Positions 17,371-26,459 of a DNA stretch of 55,112 nt are shown one piece after another. The translations under genes were made by a program, and so were the position numbers. The DNA comes from a virus. Taxonomy: Duplodnaviria; Caudoviricetes. The stretch lies in IMG/VR virus record IMGVR_UViG_3300043399_000050, positions 1 through 55,112 of that record, one strand, 5' to 3'. The notes under the pieces were generated by a model. The model worked only from the letters and a program-made list of their open reading frames with translations, was not told the DNA's origin and ran no database searches. Every line of letters starts with the position of its first letter. Positions within the stretch are counted from its first letter, which is position 1.

Positions 17371-19427
17371 GGCTGACCTCCACTGCGGTTCATGACTGTG
17401 TTGGAATCCATACCACCTTTGGGACTACCATCGGGTTGCGTCGGTGTAGGTGCTGGACTTCCTTGTGAGGGGGCCATAACCCCGCCCTCACCAGTTGGTG
17501 CAGCAAGCCTTGCAACGAACGCAGCCTTCTCCCGAGATGGAATGATTTCATCCACAGGCATTTGCAACCCTTTAGCCACTTCACGAAGAATCGCGGCGCG
17601 ACCATCCTTACCAAGAATCTCGATGTCAATCGGATTGGCGGTTGCGTTAAGGAACTCGATGCGGCGCACATTGACAGTCTCTTTGACAGCCAAGTTAACT
17701 GCGCCTCGGGCGACAACCTGAGCGTCACCCTTAATGCTTTCATCCTCGTCGTAGCGCATGTTGTACACGAACTGGCGTATGACGATGGGTTTAATGACAT
17801 CTGTATCTATGTGGCCCACCACTTGGCGGATACCCTTACCAGCAGCGCCCATCAGCATGGACAAGCCAGATGATGTACGCCCAGCACCCTGCGTGTCGAG
17901 GTTGCCATACAGATAAGCCGGAATACCTGAGTGATCGTCAGCCATGCGGCTGAACTTCTCATACACACCCATCAGTGTGTTGGCATTGTCATCAGGCTGC
18001 GTGAAGCGCACAGCAGGCGCACTCGACCCGACGGGGTCGTTCATCACCTGCCAAATCTTCCACGGGTGCATCTGAGTGATGTCCTCGTTCGGAGGAATAC
18101 GCTCAAGGTTGACCTCGACCTGTGGGCCAGAGGCAATGCCCATGTTGTTTACCAGTGCGCGAGCAGCGGCGTTACAGATGTTCTGAATGTCCTCGATGAT
18201 CTCTGGAATACCTTTACCCCAGAACGCACCCGGACACTTGATAAACGAAGTCTTGCAGTAAGGCTTCTGCCCTAATGGGTCGTAGTTCAATACGGCCTTG
18301 ACGACATAGTTACCGATCACCCACACATTGGCGTCGTACTCTTGTGCTGGATCAGGCACTTCTTCTTCAGTCATACCCCATTCCAACAGCATCTTGCCAG
18401 AAACCTTACCCCAAAACTCCAACGCATCGAAGATGTCAGTCGGACGCATGTAGGAGTAGAACTTGCGCTCCTCCTCTTGCTTTTCCAACTCAGCAATCTC
18501 ATTGATCCACGAAGGGCCAGCACCGTTGTCCAGAATCTCGCGGATCGCATCCTCGTCATAGCCCGGCACACCAATGAGGTCTGCCAACTCTGAACGAGAA
18601 AGTGGGTGATGCTCAAACAAGAAGCCTTCGTCTATGTTGGTAATACCCGGCTCGGGATAAATACGGAATGGATCAACCCGCTCAAACTCAGGAGCCAGAC
18701 GCTCAATGGGCTTGACCATAGTCACACCCGTTGAAGTATCCCAGCCGAGTGCACGCTGACGGCGCACAATCGGCCCTTTGATGAACGCACAAGGGAAAGT
18801 AACAAGATCAGTGATAAAGTCATTGAAAGACTCGACCCAGCCGCCTTGTGCGAACTGATCTTCGATCTTGATCTTCATCTTGTCCACGCGGTTCTGCGCG
18901 GCCTGCAACAACTTGAAGCGGTATTCTTGTGATACCAACTCCTTGAGTTCTTCCATCTGTTGTTTGCTCGGAGCCTGCTGAGTCTCCTGAAGAATCTCCA
19001 GCACCTTGTTAGCAAACTCATCTTGCAGCGTTTTCTGCTGCATCGGGGACAGATCAGGAATAGGAGTAGGCAGAATATCCCACGGGGGAGTACCACTATC
19101 CAACAGAATATCTCTGAGCCAAGACTCCGCTGCGCGGCACTTGACTTCGGTAATCATCATGAAGATTTCAGAGCCGCCTTGCGAACGAATCTGTGTCAAC
19201 TTCTCAGGCTCGTACTCGCCATTGCGCTGACGCATGGCTGTCAACATCTTGTTCTTAATCGGCTCCTTGGCAATCTTGGCTGCATCCCAGCACATACGCA
19301 GATGCGAAGCCAACCCTAGAATCATGGGCTGGTTCTGCCGCTCTTGCAAAGCGGCTTGCGTTGCCTCAGCCTCTTGGCGGGCAAGTTCGTCGTTGCCGAC
19401 GACGCGCAGGAATGTCAGGCCAGCCAT
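17367..19427 (-). CDS. Portal protein
   Basis: 686 aa; RVDPF..YP.P, FWGKGIPE, N..IASGP, SGIP....G, RTSSGLSMLM motifs of P22/T7-like portals. Confidence 0.92.
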   Translation of the reverse strand: MAGLTFLRVVGNDELARQEAEATQAALQERQNQPMILGLASHLRMCWDAAKIAKEPIKNKMLTAMRQRNGEYEPEKLTQIRSQGGSEIFMMITEVKCRAAESWLRDILLDSGTPPWDILPTPIPDLSPMQQKTLQDEFANKVLEILQETQQAPSKQQMEELKELVSQEYRFKLLQAAQNRVDKMKIKIEDQFAQGGWVESFNDFITDLVTFPCAFIKGPIVRRQRALGWDTSTGVTMVKPIERLAPEFERVDPFRIYPEPGITNIDEGFLFEHHPLSRSELADLIGVPGYDEDAIREILDNGAGPSWINEIAELEKQEEERKFYSYMRPTDIFDALEFWGKVSGKMLLEWGMTEEEVPDPAQEYDANVWVIGNYVVKAVLNYDPLGQKPYCKTSFIKCPGAFWGKGIPEIIEDIQNICNAAARALVNNMGIASGPQVEVNLERIPPNEDITQMHPWKIWQVMNDPVGSSAPAVRFTQPDDNANTLMGVYEKFSRMADDHSGIPAYLYGNLDTQGAGRTSSGLSMLMGAAGKGIRQVVGHIDTDVIKPIVIRQFVYNMRYDEDESIKGDAQVVARGAVNLAVKETVNVRRIEFLNATANPIDIEILGKDGRAAILREVAKGLQMPVDEIIPSREKAAFVARLAAPTGEGGVMAPSQGSPAPTPTQPDGSPKGGMDSNTVMNRSGGQP

Positions 19428-19435
19428 GTTAGTCC

Positions 19436-19786
19436 TTAGTCTTTACCTTTGAGGCTCTTTACCAATTTCGCTGAGGCTTTCAGTACGTCAGTCTTGTCCG
19501 GCATACAGAGAACTTCCTGACCTACTACATCAAACGCATGGTCAGTCGATAACCCTTGATTCACATAACCTGCGGCTTTACGCATATTGGCAGGTGAACT
19601 CAATGCTTTGTCTTTGCGCGCAATTCTATTCACATCGTCGATTGCACCAAGGTATAACTCACCACCAGCAACATCTTTAGGTGGGAGTGACTGACCGGCA
19701 TAGCCATATCGTGGCGACTTTGCAGAGATACCACTGGTATCCGTCTTCGCGTTAGTCGAGAAAATCGTTGACTGTTTGGTTGCCAT
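19436..19786 (-). CDS. Hypothetical protein (116 aa; start MATKQ)
   Basis: AAGGAG RBS before ATG 19786; the longer ORF-track version runs through a terminator and terL. Confidence 0.7.
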   Translation of the reverse strand: MATKQSTIFSTNAKTDTSGISAKSPRYGYAGQSLPPKDVAGGELYLGAIDDVNRIARKDKALSSPANMRKAAGYVNQGLSTDHAFDVVGQEVLCMPDKTDVLKASAKLVKSLKGKD

Positions 19787-19828
19787 GCTCGTCTCCTTGA
19801 TTGGCACATTACATCTTATTGTAGTGTG

Positions 19829-19857
19829 GACATAGCAGCAAGTATACAGGTTGTCAA
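19829..19857 (-). promoter_or_regulatory. Putative sigma70 promoter for head genes
   Basis: TTGACA-17-TATGTC with TGn extension; -10 imperfect. Confidence 0.4.
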
Positions 19858-19893
19858 AAGAAAAAAGAACCCCGGAGCGAACTCGACGGGGTT
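19856..19893 (-). terminator. Terminator after terL
   Basis: AACCCCG...CGGGGTT stem followed by CTTTTTTCTTTT. Confidence 0.7.
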
Positions 19894-19937
19894 TAAGGCA
19901 TGGAAGGGGACATGCCGAGGTGACAAGACAGAATATA

Positions 19938-21326
19938 TCATGTCCAGCCAACCGCCGACAAGCGCTTAATCTCACGGCGTTGGGGTAAATGATGCCCCTC
20001 GCCAACGCTGGCGATATGGAGCATGAGGTATTGTAACGCTTCAGCCACATGGGAGTGCTTATTCTTCTCAATGTCGCCATCACCTCGGGGTTTATACCTA
20101 TATCCACCCATCATCGCCGCCTTGAGTTGGGTGCAACTGGGGTCAACTAGAAACGCCGGGTCGCCGTCAACTTGCCGCATCAGATAGTCATCGACCGCGT
20201 TGATCCGCGCCGAGACGCTGTTGGTCTTGGCAGGCATGACCTTGAGCCCTTCAGCCTTGATGATGTCCACCGCGCTGCGCTCGTCGGTCTGCGCCCGCTG
20301 CACGCCAGCCGGGTCAGTAATCACCATGATGGGAGCCCCGCCGAACCGCTCGAAGATAAGCGGCTTGAGCAGAGTACGGACAAACCGTTGCACACCCATG
20401 TCAAAACTTACACACTCAGCCAGCACCAAAGCCCGACCACGCGGGTCTTGCTGACCGATAACGGCTGCGGGCGTGAGGCCCAAGTCCATCCCGATAACAA
20501 TGGGTCGAACCCCATTGTGGATATGGCGAAGCCTCTCTCTAGCCATATGGTAGTCCGGCCTGAAATACTTGTAGACTGGCATACCAGCCGAGGACAGCCC
20601 ATACTCCCCGTCAATGTATACGCGGATGTATTCTTCTGAGCGGCCTTGGGTGTCGTAGTAGCCGTCCGGAAGGTTCTCGATGTTCTCGGCATAGATCGAG
20701 CGCCCACTGGGTTGCTTGAATACGGCCCAGCCATTATTGTTCGGAGATACGCCATCTTTGGGATCAAGTCCTTCCATCATGTAGAACCACCATCCGTCCA
20801 TCGTTGGCGGGTTCGTATCCCCCCACATTCCATGCCATGTCGGCCCCCCGTCCTTGGCTGACGGGAAACGACCAATACGCTTAGACATCGCATCCACAAT
20901 ATCTGGGTGGATGTCCCTACACTCGTTAAACCACGCGAAGGTCAACTCCAGAGAGTTCAAGTTCGCCACATCATCTGCGTCATCCAGTGCGCGGAACATT
21001 ATCTCGCACTCTATATCGCCCACCCGAAAGAAGTAAGTCTTGGTGGTACGCATGTAGTCTCCGCACTGCCCCGGTGGGAACCAGTCGAGGAAGGTCTTGA
21101 TGGTCGTATCCTGTAACTGACGCGCCGTCTCACGGACTATGGCTGCCCTTGACCGCCTGCGCCCATTTGCGTCAGGAGCCTGCATACTTGCGCGGCGCAC
21201 AATCTCAAAGGAGCAAGTCACCGACTTACCCGAACCCACTGGGCCCATGAGTACGCGCATCTTGGAGTCGTCCTCCATGAACTTTTTACCCGTAGGCGGG
21301 GGGGTGTAGTTAATGTCAAGTGGCAT
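19938..21326 (-). CDS. terL: Terminase large subunit
   Basis: GPVGSGKS Walker A, WFNE Walker B, DTNPP, GMDLGLTPA nuclease, DPAG, SHVAEALQY; GGAG RBS before ATG 21326. Confidence 0.95.
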   Translation of the reverse strand: MPLDINYTPPPTGKKFMEDDSKMRVLMGPVGSGKSVTCSFEIVRRASMQAPDANGRRRSRAAIVRETARQLQDTTIKTFLDWFPPGQCGDYMRTTKTYFFRVGDIECEIMFRALDDADDVANLNSLELTFAWFNECRDIHPDIVDAMSKRIGRFPSAKDGGPTWHGMWGDTNPPTMDGWWFYMMEGLDPKDGVSPNNNGWAVFKQPSGRSIYAENIENLPDGYYDTQGRSEEYIRVYIDGEYGLSSAGMPVYKYFRPDYHMARERLRHIHNGVRPIVIGMDLGLTPAAVIGQQDPRGRALVLAECVSFDMGVQRFVRTLLKPLIFERFGGAPIMVITDPAGVQRAQTDERSAVDIIKAEGLKVMPAKTNSVSARINAVDDYLMRQVDGDPAFLVDPSCTQLKAAMMGGYRYKPRGDGDIEKNKHSHVAEALQYLMLHIASVGEGHHLPQRREIKRLSAVGWT

Positions 21327-21522
21327 CTGCTGTCTCCACAAGCATCACGACGAACTCGCGCCCGCGCTTTTTGTGCTTGGTTATCTTGGTTCGGAATGAC
21401 GCCTTCGCTTCGCTTAGCGCCAATGTAAAGTTATTGTACTCCGCAGAGTTTGTGAAGATCGCGGCTTTGAAGCCATCGTAGGTCGCATTAAGCCTGTTCG
21501 CTATGCTCAATGGCAGTGACAT
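21316..21522 (-). CDS. Hypothetical protein
   Basis: 68 aa filling the terS-terL gap. Confidence 0.5.
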   Translation of the reverse strand: MSLPLSIANRLNATYDGFKAAIFTNSAEYNNFTLALSEAKASFRTKITKHKKRGREFVVMLVETADAT

Positions 21523-21979
21523 CTTCGGCCTCTATGGTTTTTGCTTCGATTGTGCGGGCGTCTTGCGGTGAGTTGCCAAGGTTGATCGTGATTCTCACGC
21601 CACCCCCACCACCTTCGCCTTGTGTGTTGTTGACAGGTTCAAGTCCTGCCCACTTCACCGTGGACTTAATCAGATCGGCTTTGACCGCTGGCGATACAGC
21701 CGGGTCATGGATCAACAACCAAGATGTAGTCAGGAGTTCTTCCGCTTGGGCGCGGGCCTTGAGTTTGAATGTCAGACCTTTTTCGCGCACCTCACCCCGG
21801 TAGTGTTCCACTTTCTTGAGGAATACCGGATCAGCGTTGAAAGTCAGAATAGCGTTGGCGTCGATCTTGTGACGATCCATGACTTCTTGCAAAGTCTCGC
21901 CGCTACCCTCCAATGTGAGGGCAATGTCGAACGCCAGCCTATCTGACCACTTGGTGTGGTGTAGTGGAAGTGTGTCCAT
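21488..21979 (-). CDS. Putative terminase small subunit
   Basis: N-terminal HTH-like part, helical core, C-terminal VRITINLG strand; upstream of terL. Confidence 0.65.
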   Translation of the reverse strand: MDTLPLHHTKWSDRLAFDIALTLEGSGETLQEVMDRHKIDANAILTFNADPVFLKKVEHYRGEVREKGLTFKLKARAQAEELLTTSWLLIHDPAVSPAVKADLIKSTVKWAGLEPVNNTQGEGGGGGVRITINLGNSPQDARTIEAKTIEAEDVTAIEHSEQA

Positions 21980-21985
21980 GCCCCG

Positions 21986-22016
21986 AATATAACACGGCAA
22001 CTTACGGGTGTGTCAA
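21986..22016 (-). promoter_or_regulatory. Putative leftward (late-arm) promoter, leaderless transcript
   Basis: TTGACA-19-TATATT with TGn extension; ATG 6 nt after the -10; no RBS. Confidence 0.55.
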
Positions 22017-22277
22017 TGATTTGGAGGGGGCGGTGTGTCCAACAACCGAACCCCACTTTTGCCGGAATCCTGTGTTCCGCCCCCGGTAGTAAGACTAACA
22101 CGGGGGTGGGTGGTTTCAAAACTTTACGCTTCGGTTTTTGGAGTCTTGCTTTAAGAGGTTTGGAATATAGGAGGGGGGGCCGTCCAAGCGCGAGTCCATG
22201 TACCCCCCTCACCCCTGCCAGCCAGCGCCAGCCAGCCAGCGATAAGGCAAGGCGCGAAGCCCCTATTTACCCCGTAC

Positions 22278-22305
22278 TTGACCTTTTTGTAAAGTCTGGC
22301 AATCT
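22278..22305 (+). promoter_or_regulatory. Putative early promoter A
   Basis: gtacTTGACC-16-CAATCT with TGn extension. Confidence 0.5.
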
Positions 22306-22366
22306 GGAATTGTCGTGAAAACGACATCGTTCTTTAACAACTAACTTCTCTTGAAAGGAGAAAACC

Positions 22367-22639
22367 ATGAGCGAACGCGCTCCGACCGCTAAGCGGTCTA
22401 TTGAGCCCGTCACTTTGACGGTTGAGTTGACTGCTACTCGCATCAACGAAAACGGGACTTTGAGCGGTATTACCGCCAAAGTTGTCAAACAGCCAATCAA
22501 GGGCAACGAGTTTAAAACCTCAGTACCCCCAATGGCTGGCGGTGCAATCTACATCAAGGCTCTGAGCCTTGACGGTCTGAAGATTGTATCCGAGGACGGC
22601 GGGCAAAAGGAACAGGCTCCCAAGCGGAAACTGTTCTAA
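22367..22639 (+). CDS. Early hypothetical protein, paralog A
   Basis: AAAGGAG RBS; paralog of 23695..23955. Confidence 0.85.
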   Translation: MSERAPTAKRSIEPVTLTVELTATRINENGTLSGITAKVVKQPIKGNEFKTSVPPMAGGAIYIKALSLDGLKIVSEDGGQKEQAPKRKLF

Positions 22640-22647
22640 GTAGGACG

Positions 22648-22673
22648 GAGCCGGAGAAATCCGGCTCCTTTTC
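22648..22673 (+). terminator. Hairpin/terminator
   Basis: GAGCCGGA-GAAA-TCCGGCTC then CTTTT. Confidence 0.7.
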
Positions 22674-22700
22674 TCAACCCTTGCAACGAAGGAGAAAACC

Positions 22701-22868
22701 ATGAGCAAGGAACGCAAGAAACGCGCCCCTGAAACGCGGCGCTACGAAGTACGCTGGATCGAAGGAAGCATGATCTTCATGCGCTGGTTCTGCCGGAACT
22801 CGGCAGCCCTGAACTTCGCCAGAGACTTAAAGGCGGAAGGCTACGAAGTGATAGTAGCCAAGTGGTAA
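22701..22868 (+). CDS. Small early protein (55 aa), not in the ORF track
   Basis: AAGGAGAAAACC-ATG; MSKERKKRAPETRRYEVRWIEG... Confidence 0.75.
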   Translation: MSKERKKRAPETRRYEVRWIEGSMIFMRWFCRNSAALNFARDLKAEGYEVIVAKW

Positions 22869-22919
22869 AACCCTAGGAGCGGAGGCGAAAGCCTCCCTCC
22901 TTTAACCAAGGAGATCAAG

Positions 22920-23012
22920 ATGGAAGCATTTATGGAGAAGCACCCGTTCTTAACAGCCCTGCTGGTAGCACCGATCCTGTATGTGATGCTGGTTCTAGCC
23001 ATGTCCCTCTAA
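22920..23012 (+). CDS. 30-aa single-TM peptide, not in the ORF track
   Basis: AAGGAG RBS; MEAFMEKHPFLTALLVAPILYVMLVLAMSL. Confidence 0.65.
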   Translation: MEAFMEKHPFLTALLVAPILYVMLVLAMSL

Positions 23013-23015
23013 CCT

Positions 23016-23041
23016 AAGCCCGCTTCGGCGGGTTTTTTCTT
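23016..23041 (+). terminator. Rho-independent terminator
   Basis: AAGCCCGC-TTCG-GCGGGTTTTTTCTT. Confidence 0.85.
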
Positions 23042-23136
23042 GTTTGTAATGTTATATATAAACCATACGCCGGGGGGTTGAGGCACGACATATGGCGCAA
23101 CTTGACACATGTAATGTAAAGTAATGGGGCATTTGC

Positions 23137-23525
23137 CACAATCTAAGCGATAATCTGCACAATCTAAACCACAAAGGGGCGATTTAGATTGTTTACATTC
23201 GTACTTGACAGCCCCAAACCCGCATGAAACCAAGGAACTTTACTCTCTCTGTATGTAAACAATCTAAATAATCTAAATAATCTATGTTTTTTTCATATGC
23301 GTCACTCTCCACATTTTGGCTACACAATTACGATGTAAAGTGCGTGCCAATATGCTCTTATGTAGGTGTCGCCATACCCTAAAAATCGTAGATTATTTAG
23401 ATTATCTAGATTATTGCCTCGTAACCCCTTGATTTTATTGAACATTCCAAACAATCTAAATTTTGATTTTGTACCCATCTCATGCCTTGTATTTGCTACC
23501 GCGTAGATTATTTACTTTGTAAAGT
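23137..23525. repeat. AT-rich non-coding region with inverted AATCTA/TAGATT iterons; candidate origin or packaging site
   Basis: AATCTA at 23140, 23161, 23261, 23270, 23279, 23453; TAGATT at 23185, 23389, 23398, 23407, 23504. Confidence 0.75.
23422..23434. promoter_or_regulatory. IHF consensus site
   Basis: TAACCCCTTGATT fits YAA-N4-TTGATW. Confidence 0.55.
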
Positions 23526-23598
23526 ATTCGATTACAAAACTTGGCGAACCTTCGTGAGTGACCGCTCACTTCCTCGGAAACCCGCGCCCAGCCTGTAC

Positions 23599-23627
23599 TT
23601 GCGCCGCGCCCCGAACCCTGCCAATCT
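23599..23627 (+). promoter_or_regulatory. Putative early promoter B
   Basis: gtacTTGCGC-17-CAATCTgg with TGn; same architecture as promoter A. Confidence 0.5.
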
Positions 23628-23694
23628 GGGCTGAGCCCTTGGGAAAGCCCATTGGTGTGTGTTGTAATGTTTAACTTTACTTTAGGAGTTTGCT

Positions 23695-23955
23695 ATGCAA
23701 GCAACAGTGAAAAAGGCGATTAAACCCGTTACCTTTACAGTCACCTTGGTGGCTAAGAAGGTCAACGAGAATGGCACATTCAGTTCCTTTGAGATTCAGG
23801 GCGTAAAGTCCAATGTCAATAACAACACCTTCCGTGTTGTTGCACCACCACAAGCAGGCGGTGCGCTTTACATCAAGTGCGATAGCCTTGATGGACTGGA
23901 GATGATCGAAGGCACAACGCAAGTCAGCGGTATGCCTAAGGTCAAGTTGTTCTGA
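23695..23955 (+). CDS. Early hypothetical protein, paralog B
   Basis: TAGGAG RBS; shares I.PVT.TV.L.A...NENGT.S, PP.AGGA.YIK..SLDGL, PK.KLF with 22367..22639. Confidence 0.85.
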   Translation: MQATVKKAIKPVTFTVTLVAKKVNENGTFSSFEIQGVKSNVNNNTFRVVAPPQAGGALYIKCDSLDGLEMIEGTTQVSGMPKVKLF

Positions 23956-24016
23956 TGTACACGGCAGGGCTACATGCCCTGCCTTCTTTAACCTTACCAA
24001 CCACATGAGGACTACT

Positions 24017-24151
24017 ATGGAGTGGACACTTAAACGCATCAATGGCAAGTATGTTGTCAAGTTTCAGGGTGAAGATGCCTTGGAGTTCCTAACCCGTGGC
24101 GGTGCATTGGCTTACATCAATGACCGTGTACTAACCACGATGGAGCTATAA
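24017..24151 (+). CDS. Small hypothetical protein (44 aa), not in the ORF track
   Basis: GAGGA RBS; MEWTLKRINGKYVVKF... Confidence 0.6.
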   Translation: MEWTLKRINGKYVVKFQGEDALEFLTRGGALAYINDRVLTTMEL

Positions 24152-24152
24152 C

Positions 24153-24518
24153 ATGGACAAGGTAGCCAACAACAAATGCCGCAACTATGTTGTGGCACGG
24201 CTACCCTTCAAGGGTAGCAACCTATGGGGTGAGTGGGTTAAGCCCCTCGGTACTTTACGCAATGAGACTGACAAACACCAGTATGTTGTGTATTCCTACG
24301 GGGCGCACTTCCCTGTTTATGTCTACTCAGAGGGCATGTGGTTTGAGAATGAGGACAAGTACAGCCGTACTACGGCACGGCATCTAAGCCAAGCACGACC
24401 CACAGACAAGACGATCCTTCTGTCCACAAGAGCCATGATTGCACTGGTGGTTGAGGGGTACAACTACCTTGTAAAGCAACGCATCTTAACGGGAGACAAC
24501 TATGCACGAGGAAGATAG
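24153..24518 (+). CDS. Hypothetical early protein
   Basis: 121 aa; YVVYSYG.HFP, KYSRTTARH phage motif. Confidence 0.8.
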   Translation: MDKVANNKCRNYVVARLPFKGSNLWGEWVKPLGTLRNETDKHQYVVYSYGAHFPVYVYSEGMWFENEDKYSRTTARHLSQARPTDKTILLSTRAMIALVVEGYNYLVKQRILTGDNYARGR

Positions 24519-24714
24519 GCGGTATCTGTGTACGCAGTGCCATTGGGCGCATGTGGAGTATCGGCGGTGGAAGGTGGGATATACCACCTGCCTGCCGTGT
24601 GGTGACGAGATAGCCAAAGCCCGCAAGCACACCATCGCACCGCTTAACAAAAGCAACTACATGGTGTTTACCGACACCGACATGCTCAAACAACTTAACC
24701 CAAAGAGGACATGA
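24502..24714 (+). CDS. Small zinc-finger protein
   Basis: CTQC...TCLPCG (DksA/TraR-like C4 spacing). Confidence 0.65.
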   Translation: MHEEDRRYLCTQCHWAHVEYRRWKVGYTTCLPCGDEIAKARKHTIAPLNKSNYMVFTDTDMLKQLNPKRT

Positions 24715-25061
24715 TGAAAACATCTGAGTTAAGTGGGGCCGCATTAGACTGGGCGGTGGCGAAGTGTGAGGGGTTGGAGGGGTTTTGGCTACAACCTGAC
24801 GAGTTTAATCCGCAGTATGAGGCGGGTGAGTATCACTATTCGACCGATTGGGCACAAGGTGGGCCGATCATTGAACGTGAGAAGGTGGCTATCTATTGGC
24901 GAGAATACTTTGATGAACCGCCCGAAGAAAGTTATTGGGTCGCAACGATTGATAAACCATTAACAGAAACCCAAGGACAAACCCCACTAATCGCAGCCAT
25001 GCGCTGTTATGTAGCAAGCAAACTAGGCGATGAGATCGAACTGCCAGAGGGTCTAGCATGA
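24711..25061 (+). CDS. ninX: NinX-family (DUF2591) protein
   Basis: ELSGAALDWAVAK, YSTDWAQGGPIIERE, G.TPLIAAMRCYV.SKLGDE. Confidence 0.85.
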   Translation: MMKTSELSGAALDWAVAKCEGLEGFWLQPDEFNPQYEAGEYHYSTDWAQGGPIIEREKVAIYWREYFDEPPEESYWVATIDKPLTETQGQTPLIAAMRCYVASKLGDEIELPEGLA

Positions 25062-25225
25062 AACGCTTGATTGAAGGTATATCCGTGGTTCTTGTCACGG
25101 TGTTTTTCGCAGGGCTCTTTGCCCTTGTAGTTATCGAATGGTTCGCAGGCTGTGGGGAAACCTACATAGACGCTAATGGGGTGCGTCATGCCTACGAATG
25201 TGTGTTTATCCCCCAACCCAAGTGA
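25058..25225 (+). CDS. Small membrane protein/possible lipoprotein (55 aa), not in the ORF track
   Basis: MKR + hydrophobic helix + FAGC; ATGA overlap with ninX. Confidence 0.6.
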   Translation: MKRLIEGISVVLVTVFFAGLFALVVIEWFAGCGETYIDANGVRHAYECVFIPQPK

Positions 25226-25236
25226 AAGGAAAGACC

Positions 25237-25416
25237 ATGAAGCGACTGTTTGCTCTGCGGGATAGCCGTGGAAACCTTGTCAAAGACGAGGACAAACAAC
25301 CCAAGTACTTTACTGACAAGCAATCAGCGAGGGTGTACCGCACCAAGTTGACAGACCGTCACGATGAGTACTTCGTGACTTACGGCATTGACCATAAACT
25401 TTACAAAGGAAAATAA
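25237..25416 (+). CDS. Hypothetical protein
   Basis: AAAGGA RBS; ATG 25237. Confidence 0.7.
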   Translation: MKRLFALRDSRGNLVKDEDKQPKYFTDKQSARVYRTKLTDRHDEYFVTYGIDHKLYKGK

Positions 25417-25417
25417 C

Positions 25418-26401
25418 ATGCGAGCCACATTGCTTAAAGAAACCCTGAAGTCCCTGTTCCCCATTCAGCGTACAGTTGCCATTGAGGGTGCGCCCGGTGG
25501 TGGCAAGACGACCATTGTACATGAAGTTGCCAACGAGTTAGATGTGCCTTGCACCGAGGTGCATATGCCGACAATGCTTGTCGAGGACTTCGGTATCCCC
25601 ACCCTTGACGGTGACCGACTAGCCTACAAGTTGCCACATTGGTATCCTATCAAGGGCAAGTCACCTGACAAGGGCATCTTGCTGTTCGATGACCGCAACC
25701 AAGCAAGCAACGACTTGCAAAAAGTCCTAGCCAACATCTGCCAAGCACGAACCTTACACGGCGTGCCTATGCCTGATGGGTGGCAGGTTATCTCAACGGG
25801 CAACCGACAATCCGACCGAGCAGGTGCTAACCGTATCCTGAGCCATCTACGCAACCGCGAGACTGTGCTTGAGTTTGACACGCACCTTGATGACTTCACG
25901 ACATGGTGTATTGACAACGGTGTAAAGCCTGAGGTGGTGTCGTTCATTCGCTTTAGACCCGGACTACTGCATGACCATGACCCACAACGCGATCAGAACC
26001 CTAGCCCTCGTGCATGGGTTGAGGGTGTTAGCGATGTGATCGGTACTGTGCCACACGATGCAGAGTACGAGTGCTTCAAGGGTGCAGTCGGTGAAGGTGC
26101 GGCGGCAGAGTTTGTAGGTTTCGTTCGCATCTTCCGCAAGTTGCCTAATCCTGATGCAGTCCTGATGAACCCGACCACTAGCGATGTGCCGACTGACCCT
26201 GCCACCCTGTATGCCTTGAGTGGTGCGCTTGCAGAGCGGGCAACAGAGGGCAACTTTGAGCGGGTGACAACCTATGCAGAGCGTATGCCTGCTGACTTCT
26301 CAGTGCTTACTGTGTCCTATGCGTCCCGTAAGAAACCCGAGTTGGCGAACACGCAAGCGTTTACCAAGTGGGCAATGAAACACCAAGATGTATTGTTCTG
26401 A
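25418..26401 (+). CDS. MoxR-like AAA+ ATPase
   Basis: GAPGGGKT Walker A, ILLFDD Walker B, STGN sensor, L.NR arginine finger, SPRAW. Confidence 0.9.
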   Translation: MRATLLKETLKSLFPIQRTVAIEGAPGGGKTTIVHEVANELDVPCTEVHMPTMLVEDFGIPTLDGDRLAYKLPHWYPIKGKSPDKGILLFDDRNQASNDLQKVLANICQARTLHGVPMPDGWQVISTGNRQSDRAGANRILSHLRNRETVLEFDTHLDDFTTWCIDNGVKPEVVSFIRFRPGLLHDHDPQRDQNPSPRAWVEGVSDVIGTVPHDAEYECFKGAVGEGAAAEFVGFVRIFRKLPNPDAVLMNPTTSDVPTDPATLYALSGALAERATEGNFERVTTYAERMPADFSVLTVSYASRKKPELANTQAFTKWAMKHQDVLF

Positions 26402-26412
26402 TTGACAACCAA

Positions 26413-26437
26413 GGGATACCCACACCACGGGTATCCC
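26413..26437. other. Perfect 9-bp inverted repeat in an intergenic gap
   Basis: GGGATACCC-ACACCAC-GGGTATCCC; no U-tract. Confidence 0.7.
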
Positions 26438-26459
26438 ACAACAGAAGGAGTGTGACACT

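Noticed and set aside
19787-20107. N-terminal extension of the 223-aa ORF
   Set aside because: Crosses a terminator and overlaps terL; a strong RBS supports the start at 19786
22000-23700. DGR template repeat, tRNA or other ncRNA in the non-coding region
   Set aside because: No AAC-rich copy of the VR and no cloverleaf or T-loop consensus seen by eye; needs BLAST, tRNAscan and Infernal to be definitive
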